Source of the DNA: Candidatus Portnoybacteria bacterium RBG_19FT_COMBO_36_7
Lineage (GTDB): Bacteria > Patescibacteriota > Minisyncoccia > Portnoybacterales > GWB1-42-6
Reading direction: 5' to 3'
NCBI GenBank assembly: GCA_001819495.1
Contig: MHMW01000028.1
Coordinates: 5,398-69,397 of the forward strand
DNA length: 64,000 bases
Of this stretch, positions 43,252-53,342 are shown piece by piece. The position numbers and the translations under genes are program-made. Every line of letters starts with the position of its first letter. Positions within the stretch are counted from its first letter, which is position 1. The notes under the pieces are model-generated. The model searched no databases, was not told the DNA's origin, and saw only the letters and a list, made by a program, of their open reading frames with translations.

Positions 43252-45096
43252 ATGGATTTGCCATTTTTTTCAAAAAAACCGAAAGCCAAAAAGGACGATA
43301 AAGAAGAAGAACGGGATATTATCCAGCAGGTGGCTGATCTGGTTGCCCCGCCGGCCTTGCAGATAAGCTCCAATCATCTGCAGATCGGCGGAAAATTCTG
43401 CCGCGTCCTTTTTGTCTTCACTTATCCAAGGCACCTGGTCACCAATTGGTTCTCTCCGATCTTAACCCTTGATAAAGAAATGAATGTTTCCATGTTCATC
43501 CATCCGGCCGACACCAATGTGGTCTTAAATCAGCTCAGAAAAAAAGTGACTCAGGTCCAGTCGCAGATATCCATAGAAGAGGAGAAGGGCAAAGTCAGAA
43601 ATCCGGTTTTGGAAACTGCCCTTCATGACATGGAAGGATTAAGAGACGTCCTCCAGCAGGGGACCGAAAAGTTCTTTTATTTTGGCATCTATCTGGCTCT
43701 TTTTGGCAATTCCTTAAAAGAGATAGACGAAGTTGAAAACGAAATCCGTTCTTCCCTTGAATCAAAGCTTGTTTATGCCAAGCCGGCTTCTTTCCAGCAG
43801 GAGGCAGCTTTTTATTCCATTCTGCCCTTAGCCAAAGACGAGCTATATATCAACAGCCCTTTAAATACTTCTCCCATCTCAAGCACCTTTCCTTTTGTTT
43901 CCTCTGACCTTTCACATAATAAAGGCATCCTCTATGGCATCAACCGCCACAACAACAGCCTGGTGCTTTTTGACCGATTTTCAATGGAGAACGCCAATTC
44001 GGTCATCTTTGCCAAATCGGGCGCCGGCAAAAGCTACACTGTCAAGCTGGAGGTCCTGCGCTCGCTCATGCTTGGCACAGACGTAATTGCCATTGACCCG
44101 GAAAACGAATATCAGTATTTAACCGAAACTGTCGGCGGCTCCTACATCAAAATTTCCATTAATTCGCCCAATCATATCAACCCTTTTGATCTGCCCATGC
44201 CGGCCAGGGACGACCGGCCGGCCGATCTTCTGCGCACAAACATCATTAATCTGGTCGGGCTGCTGCGCATCATGCTTGGCGGGCTGACTCCTCAGGAAGA
44301 CGCAGTGCTTGACAAAGCGCTTTCGGAAACCTACGCTTCCCGCGACATCACGCCCGAATCCGATTTCACAAAAGTGACCCCTCCTTTGATGGGCGACTTA
44401 AAAACTGTTCTGGAAAACATGGAAGGCGGACTGGCCATTGCCCAGCGCCTGGAAAAATACACCACCGGCTCCTACGCGGGCTTTTTCAACCAGCCCACAA
44501 ACATCGCCATCAAGAACAAAATGGTTACTTTTTCCATCCGTGACATGGAAGAAGAATTGCGGCCGGTAGCCATGTATGTTGTTCTGCATTATATCTGGAA
44601 TTTAATCCGCGCCCAGCTCAAAAAGAGAATTCTGGTGGTTGACGAAGCCTGGGTGATGATGAAAAACGAAGACGCCGCTTCTTTTATGTTTGGCATTGCC
44701 AAGAGATGCCGCAAATATTTCCTGGGGCTGACGACAATCACCCAGGACGTGGCTGATTTTATGACTTCGCCCTACGGCAAGCCGATTGTCAGCAATTCAT
44801 CAATTCAGTTATTGATGAAACAGTCGCCGTCCACGATAGAAATCATCAAACAGACCTTTAACCTGACCGACCAGGAAAAATATCTGCTGCTTGAGTGCAA
44901 TGTCGGAGAGGGAATATTTTTTGCCGGATTAAAACACGTTGCCATCAAAGTTGTCGCTTCGTATTCCGAAGACCAGGTAATTACTTCTGACCCGGCCCAG
45001 CTTTTGGAAATTGAAAAAGCTAAAACAGAACTATCTGAACAGGAAGCAGTCCAGAAACAGCAAAAAGACAAGCCCTTAACCAACGAACCAGCTTAG
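43252..45096 (+). CDS. VirB4/TrbE/PrgJ-family type IV secretion ATPase (Gram-positive-type, about 614 aa).
   Basis: Walker A IFAKSGAGKSYTVK, Walker B ILVVDEAWVMM, and an N-terminal I.P.A...S.HLQIGG.F.RVLFV..YP signature of conjugative VirB4 homologs. Confidence 0.8.
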   Translation: MDLPFFSKKPKAKKDDKEEERDIIQQVADLVAPPALQISSNHLQIGGKFCRVLFVFTYPRHLVTNWFSPILTLDKEMNVSMFIHPADTNVVLNQLRKKVTQVQSQISIEEEKGKVRNPVLETALHDMEGLRDVLQQGTEKFFYFGIYLALFGNSLKEIDEVENEIRSSLESKLVYAKPASFQQEAAFYSILPLAKDELYINSPLNTSPISSTFPFVSSDLSHNKGILYGINRHNNSLVLFDRFSMENANSVIFAKSGAGKSYTVKLEVLRSLMLGTDVIAIDPENEYQYLTETVGGSYIKISINSPNHINPFDLPMPARDDRPADLLRTNIINLVGLLRIMLGGLTPQEDAVLDKALSETYASRDITPESDFTKVTPPLMGDLKTVLENMEGGLAIAQRLEKYTTGSYAGFFNQPTNIAIKNKMVTFSIRDMEEELRPVAMYVVLHYIWNLIRAQLKKRILVVDEAWVMMKNEDAASFMFGIAKRCRKYFLGLTTITQDVADFMTSPYGKPIVSNSSIQLLMKQSPSTIEIIKQTFNLTDQEKYLLLECNVGEGIFFAGLKHVAIKVVASYSEDQVITSDPAQLLEIEKAKTELSEQEAVQKQQKDKPLTNEPA

Positions 45097-45177
45097 AATA
45101 ATTTCCAATTACCAATAACCAATTTCCAATAAAGTCCCGCTTTGCGGGACTGGATTAGAAATTAGAAATTTTAAGAT

Positions 45178-45588
45178 ATGGCGACTGCCGAAGAATTATA
45201 CGAACAACAATTTAACCAAGACAGAGCGCGGCAGGAAGCAATGGCAGCCGAGCAACAGCTCAAGGCAAGCGGCAGAAGCGAGCCGGCGTCTTTTCCCTGG
45301 CTGATGCTTTGTGTGGCGATAATTTTTGACCTCGTTGGTTTTATCCCTATTCTTAATATTTTTACCGATATACTTGCCTGTCTAATTCTTTGGCTCTGGA
45401 AACATTCCTATAATTCAAAGACCAATCCGCTAATAGACATTGTGGCCGCAAAAATCGTGGATTTTCTATGTTTGGGATTTTTGCCTTCCAGCACCTTTAC
45501 TGTTGTTTATTCCTATATCAAAAAGAAAGCTGCCTCCAAGGCAAATTCGGCAGTCGGAGGCAGATTTTTAGCAAAATTAGCAACATAA
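45178..45588 (+). CDS. Small membrane protein (2-3 TM), type IV secretion-cluster associated; hypothetical.
   Basis: Hydrophobic segments WLMLCVAIIFDLVGFIPILNIF and ILACLILWLW. Confidence 0.4.
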   Translation: MATAEELYEQQFNQDRARQEAMAAEQQLKASGRSEPASFPWLMLCVAIIFDLVGFIPILNIFTDILACLILWLWKHSYNSKTNPLIDIVAAKIVDFLCLGFLPSSTFTVVYSYIKKKAASKANSAVGGRFLAKLAT

Positions 45589-45598
45589 CATAATCAAA

Positions 45599-46420
45599 AT
45601 GAAAAAAATTATTATACCAATTTTTTTAATTTTATTTTTTCTGCTGGTTCTGCCTCTCGTTGCCTCGGCCATTGAATATCCTTTTGGTAATATGAGCCAA
45701 GATCCCTCACCCTGCGAATATGTCAGCGTTCTTTTTGTCTGGGGCCTAGGGATTGTCGGCGCGGTGGCTGTGACTGCAATCGCTTACGGCGGCTTCAGAT
45801 ATATGGTCGGCCAGGTGCAGGAAGGCAAAGAAATAATTTATTCAGCGTTGCTCGGCCTATTGCTTCTGATGGCTTCTTGGCTGATTTTATACACTATCAA
45901 TCCTGATCTGGCAACGCTGAAATGCGATACCGCAAAGACAGCTAGCGGGACACCTACAGGCACGCCCAGCGGGACGCCAAGCTCACCAACTCCCAGCACA
46001 CCAAGCGGGACAACTTCTGGAAACACCCTTTCAGAGCAAGCCGCCAGAGATCAATTAACGGCCGCCAACATCGGTGTTAAAAGCGATTGCCCTGTTGGAC
46101 AGTCTTCAAATTGTGTTGATCTTGAAGGAATGAAACAAGAGACAATAGACGAAATAAAGTCAATTGCGAATCAAGCTGGCACCTCTAATGTTTATGTTAC
46201 GGCCGGAACAGAAGGATGCGGCACAGTCCATTCTACCGGCTCAAAAAGCCACTGCACAGGCGATAAATTTGACCTAAGAATAGACCCTGAGCTTAATAGC
46301 TATATTGAAAACAATTACACCAATATCGGAACCCGCAGCGACGGAGCACAACAATACAGAGCCCCTTCGGGAGCAATTTATGCAAAAGAAGGCGACCACT
46401 GGGATGTTGTTCGCGCTTGA
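45599..46420 (+). CDS. VirB2/TrbC-like pilin-type protein with a Thr/Pro/Ser-rich linker and a Cys-containing C-terminal domain.
   Basis: Signal peptide, then two hydrophobic helices (VSVLFVWGLGIVGAVAVTAIAYGGF; IIYSALLGLLLLMASWLILY) in the pilin-like arrangement, then TPTGTPSGTPSSPTPSTPSG. Confidence 0.35.
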   Translation: MKKIIIPIFLILFFLLVLPLVASAIEYPFGNMSQDPSPCEYVSVLFVWGLGIVGAVAVTAIAYGGFRYMVGQVQEGKEIIYSALLGLLLLMASWLILYTINPDLATLKCDTAKTASGTPTGTPSGTPSSPTPSTPSGTTSGNTLSEQAARDQLTAANIGVKSDCPVGQSSNCVDLEGMKQETIDEIKSIANQAGTSNVYVTAGTEGCGTVHSTGSKSHCTGDKFDLRIDPELNSYIENNYTNIGTRSDGAQQYRAPSGAIYAKEGDHWDVVRA

Positions 46421-47550
46421 TAAAAATTATTTTTAAAATGACCAAAAAAAAGTTTTTCATCATAATTTTGGTCCTTTTTCTTTTAACCAGCGGAGCGCTG
46501 GTTGTTTATAATTTCTTTTTGAAAAACGGAAACGCGCCGGCCGAAAATGAAACTGGTTTTCCGGAAAACGAGCTTAACCTGAAAATTACAGCCATCAGCC
46601 ATGAAAAAGTTCTTGCGCCTGCCATCGGCGAGGACAACAAAACCATAAAATATTATCTTGAAGACAGCGGCCGGGTTTCTTCTTTGGCTTTTGACGGCTC
46701 TAACGAGGAATCTATCTCCGGAAACAGTCTCCCGGGCTTGTCCGAAGTTATCTGGTCGCCTGACAGAAAAAAAGTCATCGGAATATTTTCCACCATCACG
46801 CCCAAAAAATATTTCTATGACTATCGGACAAAAAAATCGATTTTATTGAACGAAAGCATAAAATCAATCGCCTGGGCGCCTTCCAGCGAAAAAATAGCTT
46901 ATCAATACGAAACATCTGACGGCCTTTATAACAATATCGGCGTTGCCGATCCTGACGGAACCAGCTGGCGCGCTGTTTTTCAGACCCGCCTGACCGATCT
47001 GGTCGTTGCTTGGCCTGCCGCCGATAAAATCTGTTTTTTTAACAAACCAAGCAGTCAGACCGCAGGATCTCTGTTTGCCATTGACCCGGATTCAGGCGCC
47101 TTTACAAAAATTCTGTCTGACTTATACGGCCTTGACATAAAATGGTCGCCTGACGGCCAAAAAATGGTATATCAGACCACAGACCAAAACGGCAAAAATC
47201 TGAAATTATACGTTGCTTATTCTGACGGCAGCCAGCAAAAAGAGATGCCGGTCCAGACACTGGCTGAAAAATGCGCCTGGTCTTTTGATAATCAGTCCAT
47301 CTATTGCGCTGTGCCTCAGCAATTTTCCCAGTATGCGATCTGGCCGGATGATTATAACTTTAACCGCGTCTCTCTCATCGACGATTTTTACATCATAAAT
47401 ACGGCTTCGCTGGCCAAAACAAAAATTGCCGGCTCTGATACCGCGCAATCATTTGACGCCCAAAACCTGATTTTGGCGCCGGGCAACGATTATCTTTTAT
47501 TTATCAACAGAAAAAACAGACTGCTCTATAATATAGAACTTGATTTCTAA
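46417..47550 (+). CDS. PD40/TolB-like beta-propeller repeat protein with an N-terminal membrane anchor.
   Basis: Repeated WSPDRKKV, WAPSSEKIAYQY and WSPDGQKMVYQ motifs. Confidence 0.55.
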   Translation: MIKIIFKMTKKKFFIIILVLFLLTSGALVVYNFFLKNGNAPAENETGFPENELNLKITAISHEKVLAPAIGEDNKTIKYYLEDSGRVSSLAFDGSNEESISGNSLPGLSEVIWSPDRKKVIGIFSTITPKKYFYDYRTKKSILLNESIKSIAWAPSSEKIAYQYETSDGLYNNIGVADPDGTSWRAVFQTRLTDLVVAWPAADKICFFNKPSSQTAGSLFAIDPDSGAFTKILSDLYGLDIKWSPDGQKMVYQTTDQNGKNLKLYVAYSDGSQQKEMPVQTLAEKCAWSFDNQSIYCAVPQQFSQYAIWPDDYNFNRVSLIDDFYIINTASLAKTKIAGSDTAQSFDAQNLILAPGNDYLLFINRKNRLLYNIELDF

Positions 47551-47554
47551 TAAC

Positions 47555-48904
47555 TTAACCTGTCTGCATTTTTTTTACGGCCCCCAAAGAAACTGCCAAA
47601 GCCAAAACCAGCCAAAAGACGACCGCCAGGTCGTTTTTAAAATAGGTCGTGTCAATTAAGCCATGCAGCAGAATATAGATCATCAGTGCTGCCAAAATAA
47701 GCAAAAGTTGACCGCGGGCATGGATTGCGTTTTCGCCGCGAGGACTGTTTGAACCCAGCCCTTCGCCAAGGGCTGGGCGAGTTCCGCAGCAAGAAAATGC
47801 AGTCCATGCCCGCGTTATATATATAAAAAATACTATTATCAACCATAAAAATCCGATCAATCCAATCAGCCCAGTCTGCAGCCAAAATGCCAAAAAAAGA
47901 TTGTGCGGCTGGGGTGATGACCATTCCAAATAGGGGACGGAAAATCTGCTTTGGTATTTTAAATAATATTCCTGAAACATGCCCGGCCCGATGCCAAAAA
48001 CAAAATGGTCTTTGCCTATTGCCCAGGCGGCCCGCCAGATCATGAGTCTTGATTGCCAGGAAGAACGGGGGGAATGCAGAAAATTATCCAGTTTCTCGCT
48101 TTTTGATTGAGAAACAAATAAAATACCGACAAGAAGCAAAAACAACAAACCGCACACAGCCAACATCCTTTTTTTATTTTTTGCCCTGCCAAACAGCCAA
48201 AATACAATTGCGGCAAGCAAGGCAATCCAAGCCGCGTAAGAAAATGTCAAAAAAAGAGCCGCAGCATCAACCGCTAAAGCAGCCAGCCAAAGCGGCTTTT
48301 CTTTTTTTTCGGCCAAACCAATCATTGCCAAAGCGGTAAAAAAACCGGGCGCCAGCGCCATGGCCAAGTGATTGGGAGAAAGAAAAAATGCCGCCAGCCT
48401 TCTGTCAAAAGTGATTTCTCCTGATAAAAAATAAATAAGCCCGACTACGCCTATCAGGCCGCCAGAAATTGCCAGCCAGCAAAATATTTTTTTAATTTGC
48501 GCTTCGTTTTTTATTTCTGCGACAACCATCAAAGCAAAAATCAGGGGCACAACAAACCAGCTTTTTAAAATTCCGGCAGAAACTTCTAAGTTTTGGGAAA
48601 GCAGAGTTGATAAAATTGCCCCGTTTAAAATAAGCAGGGCTGGCAAAGAAAACTTTCTAATTTCAAAAAATTCAACAGCCCGATATCGTTTATTGGCCAG
48701 CCATAACAAGAACAGCAACCCGATCATTATCTCCAGAACATTCATCGGGATAAAAAAGATTTTTATCTTAAAAAGATATAACGGCAGCAAAAAAACGGTT
48801 AAGTATATTCTATTCTCAAACTTTTTCTGAGCCAGCCATAAAAATCCGGCCAAAAAAATGACCAGCCCCGCTATTTCATAAATTGAATCAAGCCAGATGC
48901 TCAT
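47555..48904 (-). CDS. O-antigen ligase (Wzy_C) family membrane protein, carrying a GC-rich in-frame insertion.
   Basis: SRLMIWRAAWAIGKDHFVFGIGPGMF...PHNLFLAFWLQTGLIGL signature; 10 or more TM helices. Confidence 0.7.
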   Translation of the reverse strand: MSIWLDSIYEIAGLVIFLAGFLWLAQKKFENRIYLTVFLLPLYLFKIKIFFIPMNVLEIMIGLLFLLWLANKRYRAVEFFEIRKFSLPALLILNGAILSTLLSQNLEVSAGILKSWFVVPLIFALMVVAEIKNEAQIKKIFCWLAISGGLIGVVGLIYFLSGEITFDRRLAAFFLSPNHLAMALAPGFFTALAMIGLAEKKEKPLWLAALAVDAAALFLTFSYAAWIALLAAIVFWLFGRAKNKKRMLAVCGLLFLLLVGILFVSQSKSEKLDNFLHSPRSSWQSRLMIWRAAWAIGKDHFVFGIGPGMFQEYYLKYQSRFSVPYLEWSSPQPHNLFLAFWLQTGLIGLIGFLWLIIVFFIYITRAWTAFSCCGTRPALGEGLGSNSPRGENAIHARGQLLLILAALMIYILLHGLIDTTYFKNDLAVVFWLVLALAVSLGAVKKMQTG

Positions 48905-49030
48905 TTGAGGTACTAGAAATTCGACTTGAAATTAATCTTGTCTGATTAAATTTAAGTCTTTTTTCAACGCCAAGTAGATGCTATACCCGACTATTTTTGT
49001 CAACCACCGAGGCGGGCGACTGTAGAATTT

Positions 49031-50395
49031 TCACTGCCTGGCAGGTTTTAAATTTACGCTGATAAGCGCCAATACTATCATAAGACATGCCAAAATCGCC
49101 GGGTTAAAAATAGATGTTTCAAAAAATGAATGAACGGCAAAATAAGCAAGCGACCCGGCCAGCCCGATCTTCAAAAAAGTTTTGCTGTCCGGCGCTGCCC
49201 GGTCTTTTTTCAAAGAAACAGCCAGCTGGCAAAAACTTCCGCTAAGCAAAAATAGCCAGGCGGCTAAGCCAAAAATTCCGGTCTCAGCCGCGATATCCAA
49301 ATAAAGATTATGACTGGTAATAGGATTGCGATAGACGGCCAAAGGATCCACGGCTCTGGAATAATTTCCCAGGCCCTTGCCAAAAACCGGATTATCCAAA
49401 AAGACCAGTATTGATTGTTTCCATATCTGAAGACGGCCAAGGGAAGAACCCTCCGACAACAGAAAGCTGGAAATAAAACGACTGACTATAGGAACGGCAA
49501 AAATCAACAAAATCAGCAGGGATAATACCGAACCGGTTAAAATTACTGATTTTTTCTTCCTGTCCAAAAAAGTCCAAGAATAAAACAGGATCACAGTTAT
49601 TGAAAAAAACAGCCCCAGATAGCCTCCCCGCGAAAATGTCAGCAGCAGCACCGCCAGCATTATAACAGTACAGGCAACTAAAAAATAGCCTGTTTTTTTT
49701 GCATAAATAACCTTGACTATGGCCAGCGGCAAAACCAGTCCTAAAAAAAATGCCATCATATGAGGATCGGGAAACAAGCCAAATGCCCGCATGAGAGTAC
49801 CCCCGCCGACACTGACGAACCAGCTGGGATTCTGGACGACCAGCCCTGAAAATGAACCGCCCCAAAAAATCGGGCCGATGGTGCCCGAATACAGCCTGAT
49901 TAAAGCCGGGAAACCGACAAAAAATTGGCTGAAAAATTGAGTAAGCCCGATAACCGAAGAAATAAAAGCTCCCAGGATTAAAGTGTTAATTATTTTTTGA
50001 TAATATATTTTTTTGCAAGCCAAACCCGCTATAAAAAAATAAAGAGGAAAAATGGATAAAAAAACAGCCAGCTTCCTTATTCCCCAGCCAAGTTCGCTTG
50101 CAAACGCAAGAGAAGCCGCGCTAATTGTTGCAATAGCGATCAAGCCGAATCCCTGAAAACTGGATATAAGGAGTTTTTTCTTTAGAAAGGCGGCTGCCGC
50201 CAGCCAGATTAAAAAAAATGCCGGGATAATAATCCTGACCGAAGCCAAATCAATATCGGCACTGACATTAAGCGCGATGCCAAAAGGAATATATAAAATT
50301 ATAAGAAGGGCACAGAAACCCAAAATTCGCCAGATTTTCTTCTGGTTGCCGGATTCTTGATTGCTCAAAGAAAAAACACTCTCTGAGCGGCTCAT
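49031..50395 (-). CDS. O-antigen ligase (Wzy_C)-like membrane protein. The start at MSRSE overlaps the flippase stop in an ATGA arrangement; the ORF-track start is 50419.
   Basis: FSRGGYLGL, GSSLGRLQIWKQSILVFLDNPVFGKGLGNY and ITSHNLYLDIAAETGIFGL. Confidence 0.65.
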   Translation of the reverse strand: MSRSESVFSLSNQESGNQKKIWRILGFCALLIILYIPFGIALNVSADIDLASVRIIIPAFFLIWLAAAAFLKKKLLISSFQGFGLIAIATISAASLAFASELGWGIRKLAVFLSIFPLYFFIAGLACKKIYYQKIINTLILGAFISSVIGLTQFFSQFFVGFPALIRLYSGTIGPIFWGGSFSGLVVQNPSWFVSVGGGTLMRAFGLFPDPHMMAFFLGLVLPLAIVKVIYAKKTGYFLVACTVIMLAVLLLTFSRGGYLGLFFSITVILFYSWTFLDRKKKSVILTGSVLSLLILLIFAVPIVSRFISSFLLSEGSSLGRLQIWKQSILVFLDNPVFGKGLGNYSRAVDPLAVYRNPITSHNLYLDIAAETGIFGLAAWLFLLSGSFCQLAVSLKKDRAAPDSKTFLKIGLAGSLAYFAVHSFFETSIFNPAILACLMIVLALISVNLKPARQ

Positions 50396-51807
50396 GTTTG
50401 TCTTCTGGTCAAAGCCCATAGTTCATTTGGCGAGACAGCTCGAAACACTAGCAGAAGCGGGAAATAAATCAAAAGGGCAATAACCAGCAAAATAAAAATA
50501 TTGAGGTCTCTGGCAAAATAAAGAACCGATGACATGATGGCGGCAGACAGAAATATCTTGGCCAAAATTCTGAATTTCGGAATGTAGTTAGCGGTTTTTT
50601 TGATAACAACCAGCATAAGAACTGTGACGAACGCCTCGGTAAAAAGGGTTGAGCTGGCCGCTCCCCAGTAAGAAAATCTCGGAATAAGAATCAGATTTAT
50701 GCTAAAATTCACCACCGCCCCAATGGCGTAAATTTTGGCCAATGCTTTTTGTTTTTCAAGGGCAATAATCATATTTGAGAACAGACTGCCTAAAAAAATA
50801 ATAGCCGTGGCAAAAATCAGAATATTCAAAACACCGGCTGCCTCTCCAAATTGCGCTCCGGCAATAAGCGCAATAATAGGGTCTGATAAGACTATCCCTC
50901 CCAAAGCCATGGGCACGGCAAAAATTAGCATTATATCCAGGCCACGCTGAGAAACCTTTTTAAATTCCGCCTGATTTGACAAAGCGAATTTTGATAAAAG
51001 AGGCATTAGCAGCCCGACAAAAAGCGCCGGGAAAAATATCATACTTTCCAGAATCTTATAGGCCACACCATAAATGCCGACATCCCCGGCCGGTTTCATT
51101 ATTGATAGCATGAGCGTATCCAGCTTAAAATAAATCATGACAAAAATGGCAGAGATGGCCAGCGGGAAGCTTTCTTTCATTATCCTGCGCCAATAGCTCA
51201 GGTTCCAGCGGATCTTAACTGCGGTATATTTCTGAACAAAGACATAGATTAATAAAAAATTAGCGAAACTGCCAAGGCTTGTGGCCAGAATTATGTTAAA
51301 AAAGCCCATGTTTTTGAAAATAAAAAATCCGACAAAACCCATTTGAACTATCCGGCCGGCCAGCTCGCCGATTGCCACTTTTTCCATTTTCAGATATTTC
51401 TGGAATACCGTCACCAAAACCTGGGTGTTGGACAGAGACCAGAAACCAAAAGAGGCCATAGCAATGCCAATTTTTGTTTCCGTGCTGTAAGGGAAAAACC
51501 AGGCAACAGCCGGCGCCAAGGCAAATATAAAAAGGCCGCTGAAGAATCTGAAAGAAAATGCCTGGCTGACGATTTCAGATTCAGCTGCCCCTTCTTTTGA
51601 GATCTCGCGCAGGGTTATTGAATAGAGCCCCAGATCCGCCAGTACGGAAAAGATATACAAAAAAGCCATGACGATGCTGTAATTTCCGAAATTGTCCTGA
51701 CCCAGATACCTGGTCACCAAACCGAGAGTGAACAGAGCGATTGCCGTGCCCGATATCCGCGAAACAGCAGAAATAATTGTATTATAGGCAATTTTTTTAG
51801 CCAGCAT
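50392..51807 (-). CDS. MOP-superfamily oligosaccharide/lipid-II flippase (Wzx/MurJ-like).
   Basis: About 14 TM helices and a polysaccharide-biosynthesis-protein pattern (AISRISGTAIALFTLGLVTRYLG...). Confidence 0.7.
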   Translation of the reverse strand: MLAKKIAYNTIISAVSRISGTAIALFTLGLVTRYLGQDNFGNYSIVMAFLYIFSVLADLGLYSITLREISKEGAAESEIVSQAFSFRFFSGLFIFALAPAVAWFFPYSTETKIGIAMASFGFWSLSNTQVLVTVFQKYLKMEKVAIGELAGRIVQMGFVGFFIFKNMGFFNIILATSLGSFANFLLIYVFVQKYTAVKIRWNLSYWRRIMKESFPLAISAIFVMIYFKLDTLMLSIMKPAGDVGIYGVAYKILESMIFFPALFVGLLMPLLSKFALSNQAEFKKVSQRGLDIMLIFAVPMALGGIVLSDPIIALIAGAQFGEAAGVLNILIFATAIIFLGSLFSNMIIALEKQKALAKIYAIGAVVNFSINLILIPRFSYWGAASSTLFTEAFVTVLMLVVIKKTANYIPKFRILAKIFLSAAIMSSVLYFARDLNIFILLVIALLIYFPLLLVFRAVSPNELWALTRRQT

Positions 51808-51839
51808 GGCTCAAAAGGCCGGCGGACAACAGTGTTTTT

Positions 51840-52307
51840 TTAAGCATCGCTGCCGGGCCTGATTACAACTCTTCGCGACTGCCCCTCTCCCTCACTTTCG
51901 GTTCTCACCCCCTCAATGTCTTTGAGCGCCAGATGAATAATTCTCCGCTCATATGAACTCATCGGCTCCAATACCTTAACATGCCCTTCGCTCGTCACCT
52001 GCCTGGCTAATGATAATGCCATTTCTTTCAAAAGTGATATTCTGTTCCCTTTGTAATTATTAACGTCAACTATAAAATTTATCGGGCCGATTCCCAGCTT
52101 CTTGTTGGCGACAACTCTTAAAATATGCTGTAGGGCCAATAAATTTTCGCCGCCCTGGCCAATGAGCAGACCTGCTTCTTCGCTCTGAAGAGAAACCATC
52201 AAACACTCTTGCTGGCTGGCGTCAATCTCAACAGCCGCTCCAAAATCCATTTTTAATAAAGTCTCTTCTGTTAATTCTTTTAATTTTTCTTTAAGATTGT
52301 TGTCCAT
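51840..52307 (-). CDS. jag: Jag/KhpB (KH plus R3H domain RNA-binding protein).
   Basis: KH: GLLIGQGGENLLALQHILRVV. R3H: MSSYERRIIHLAL...VRTESEGEGQSRRVVI. Conserved position next to yidC. Confidence 0.8.
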   Translation of the reverse strand: MDNNLKEKLKELTEETLLKMDFGAAVEIDASQQECLMVSLQSEEAGLLIGQGGENLLALQHILRVVANKKLGIGPINFIVDVNNYKGNRISLLKEMALSLARQVTSEGHVKVLEPMSSYERRIIHLALKDIEGVRTESEGEGQSRRVVIRPGSDA

Positions 52308-52330
52308 TTTTTAACCCATGCCAAAAAATT

Positions 52331-53062
52331 TTAAGCCTTCTGGTCTTTGAGCTGCTTGGTGCGCGGATTTAAAACGAAATACTGCTGGACAATGCCAAAA
52401 ATGGTGGTCGCCAGCCAATAAAGAGCCAGCCCGGCCGGCAGGGAAGCGGCGATAAAAATCGTAAATATAGGAAACAGATATACCATCTGTTTGCTCATCG
52501 CGCTGGCAAAATCATTTCCGCCCGAAGAAGAGCTCGTTTGAGGCGTTATCATTTTTGATTGGATGAATTGCGCGATACCGGCCAAAACCGCCAGTATGAT
52601 ATTTTTTTGGGACAAATCAAGAATGCCCAAAAACATATTGTTGATTACTTCGGGGCGAGCAACAAAACTATAAAGCCTGACAAAATTTTCCTCGTTAAGA
52701 CCGGCTCTCAACACGCTGAAAAGTCCCCAAAGAACAGGCAACTGTACCAAGATTGGCAGACAGCCAGAAGCCGGATTAATTTTATGCTCTTTATACAAAT
52801 CCATCATAGCCCGGCCCTGTTTTTCTTTGTCGTCTTTATATTTTTGCTGAATTTCCTTTATCTTGGGCTGAATCAACTGCATCTTCTTCTGTGACTTTAT
52901 CGCTTTCTGGTTGAGGGGATAAAGAACAATCCTGATGATAATTGTTAAAACAATGATGGCGATACCCAGGTCATGCCCGGGAATAACGTTATATAAAAAA
53001 ATCAAACCGTTAAGAAGCGGCTTATATATGACTTCATTATATAATAAACTAAAAATATTCAT
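52331..53062 (-). CDS. yidC: YidC/Oxa1-family membrane protein insertase (short form).
   Basis: YPLNQKAIKSQKKMQLIQPKIKEIQQKYK...INPASGCLPILVQLPVLWGLF. Confidence 0.9.
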   Translation of the reverse strand: MNIFSLLYNEVIYKPLLNGLIFLYNVIPGHDLGIAIIVLTIIIRIVLYPLNQKAIKSQKKMQLIQPKIKEIQQKYKDDKEKQGRAMMDLYKEHKINPASGCLPILVQLPVLWGLFSVLRAGLNEENFVRLYSFVARPEVINNMFLGILDLSQKNIILAVLAGIAQFIQSKMITPQTSSSSGGNDFASAMSKQMVYLFPIFTIFIAASLPAGLALYWLATTIFGIVQQYFVLNPRTKQLKDQKA

Positions 53063-53087
53063 CTGGTATCAGACTGTCTTAAAACTT

Positions 53088-53342
53088 TTAAGGCACGGGG
53101 TCCCATCCTCCGTGACTAAACGGATGGCATCGAACAATCCTTTTTAACCCTAGCAGGCCGCCTTTTAACATACCAAATTTTTTTGTCGCCTGCAAGAAAT
53201 ACTGGGAGCAAGTCGGGTAGAAACGACAGGCGTTCCCTCGCTGCGAGAGAATCGGTGAAATAAAAATCTGGTAGCCACGAATAAATAGTCCCGCCCCGCT
53301 AGCTATTATAGATCCCGGCTTTTTTAAATATATTTTCAACAT
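53088..53342 (-). CDS. yidD: YidD membrane protein insertion efficiency factor.
   Basis: [10 protein letters not shown]...[14 protein letters not shown]...[14 protein letters not shown]. Confidence 0.8.
   Translation of the reverse strand: MLKIYLKKPGSIIASGAGLFIRGYQIFISPILSQRGNACRFYPTCSQYFLQATKKFGMLKGGLLGLKRIVRCHPFSHGGWDPVP

Noticed and set aside
49392-49865. 157-aa minus-strand ORF inside the second O-antigen-ligase gene.
   Set aside because: Alternate-frame overlap of a well-supported membrane-protein gene. Arg/Gly/Cys-rich translation typical of an out-of-frame read.
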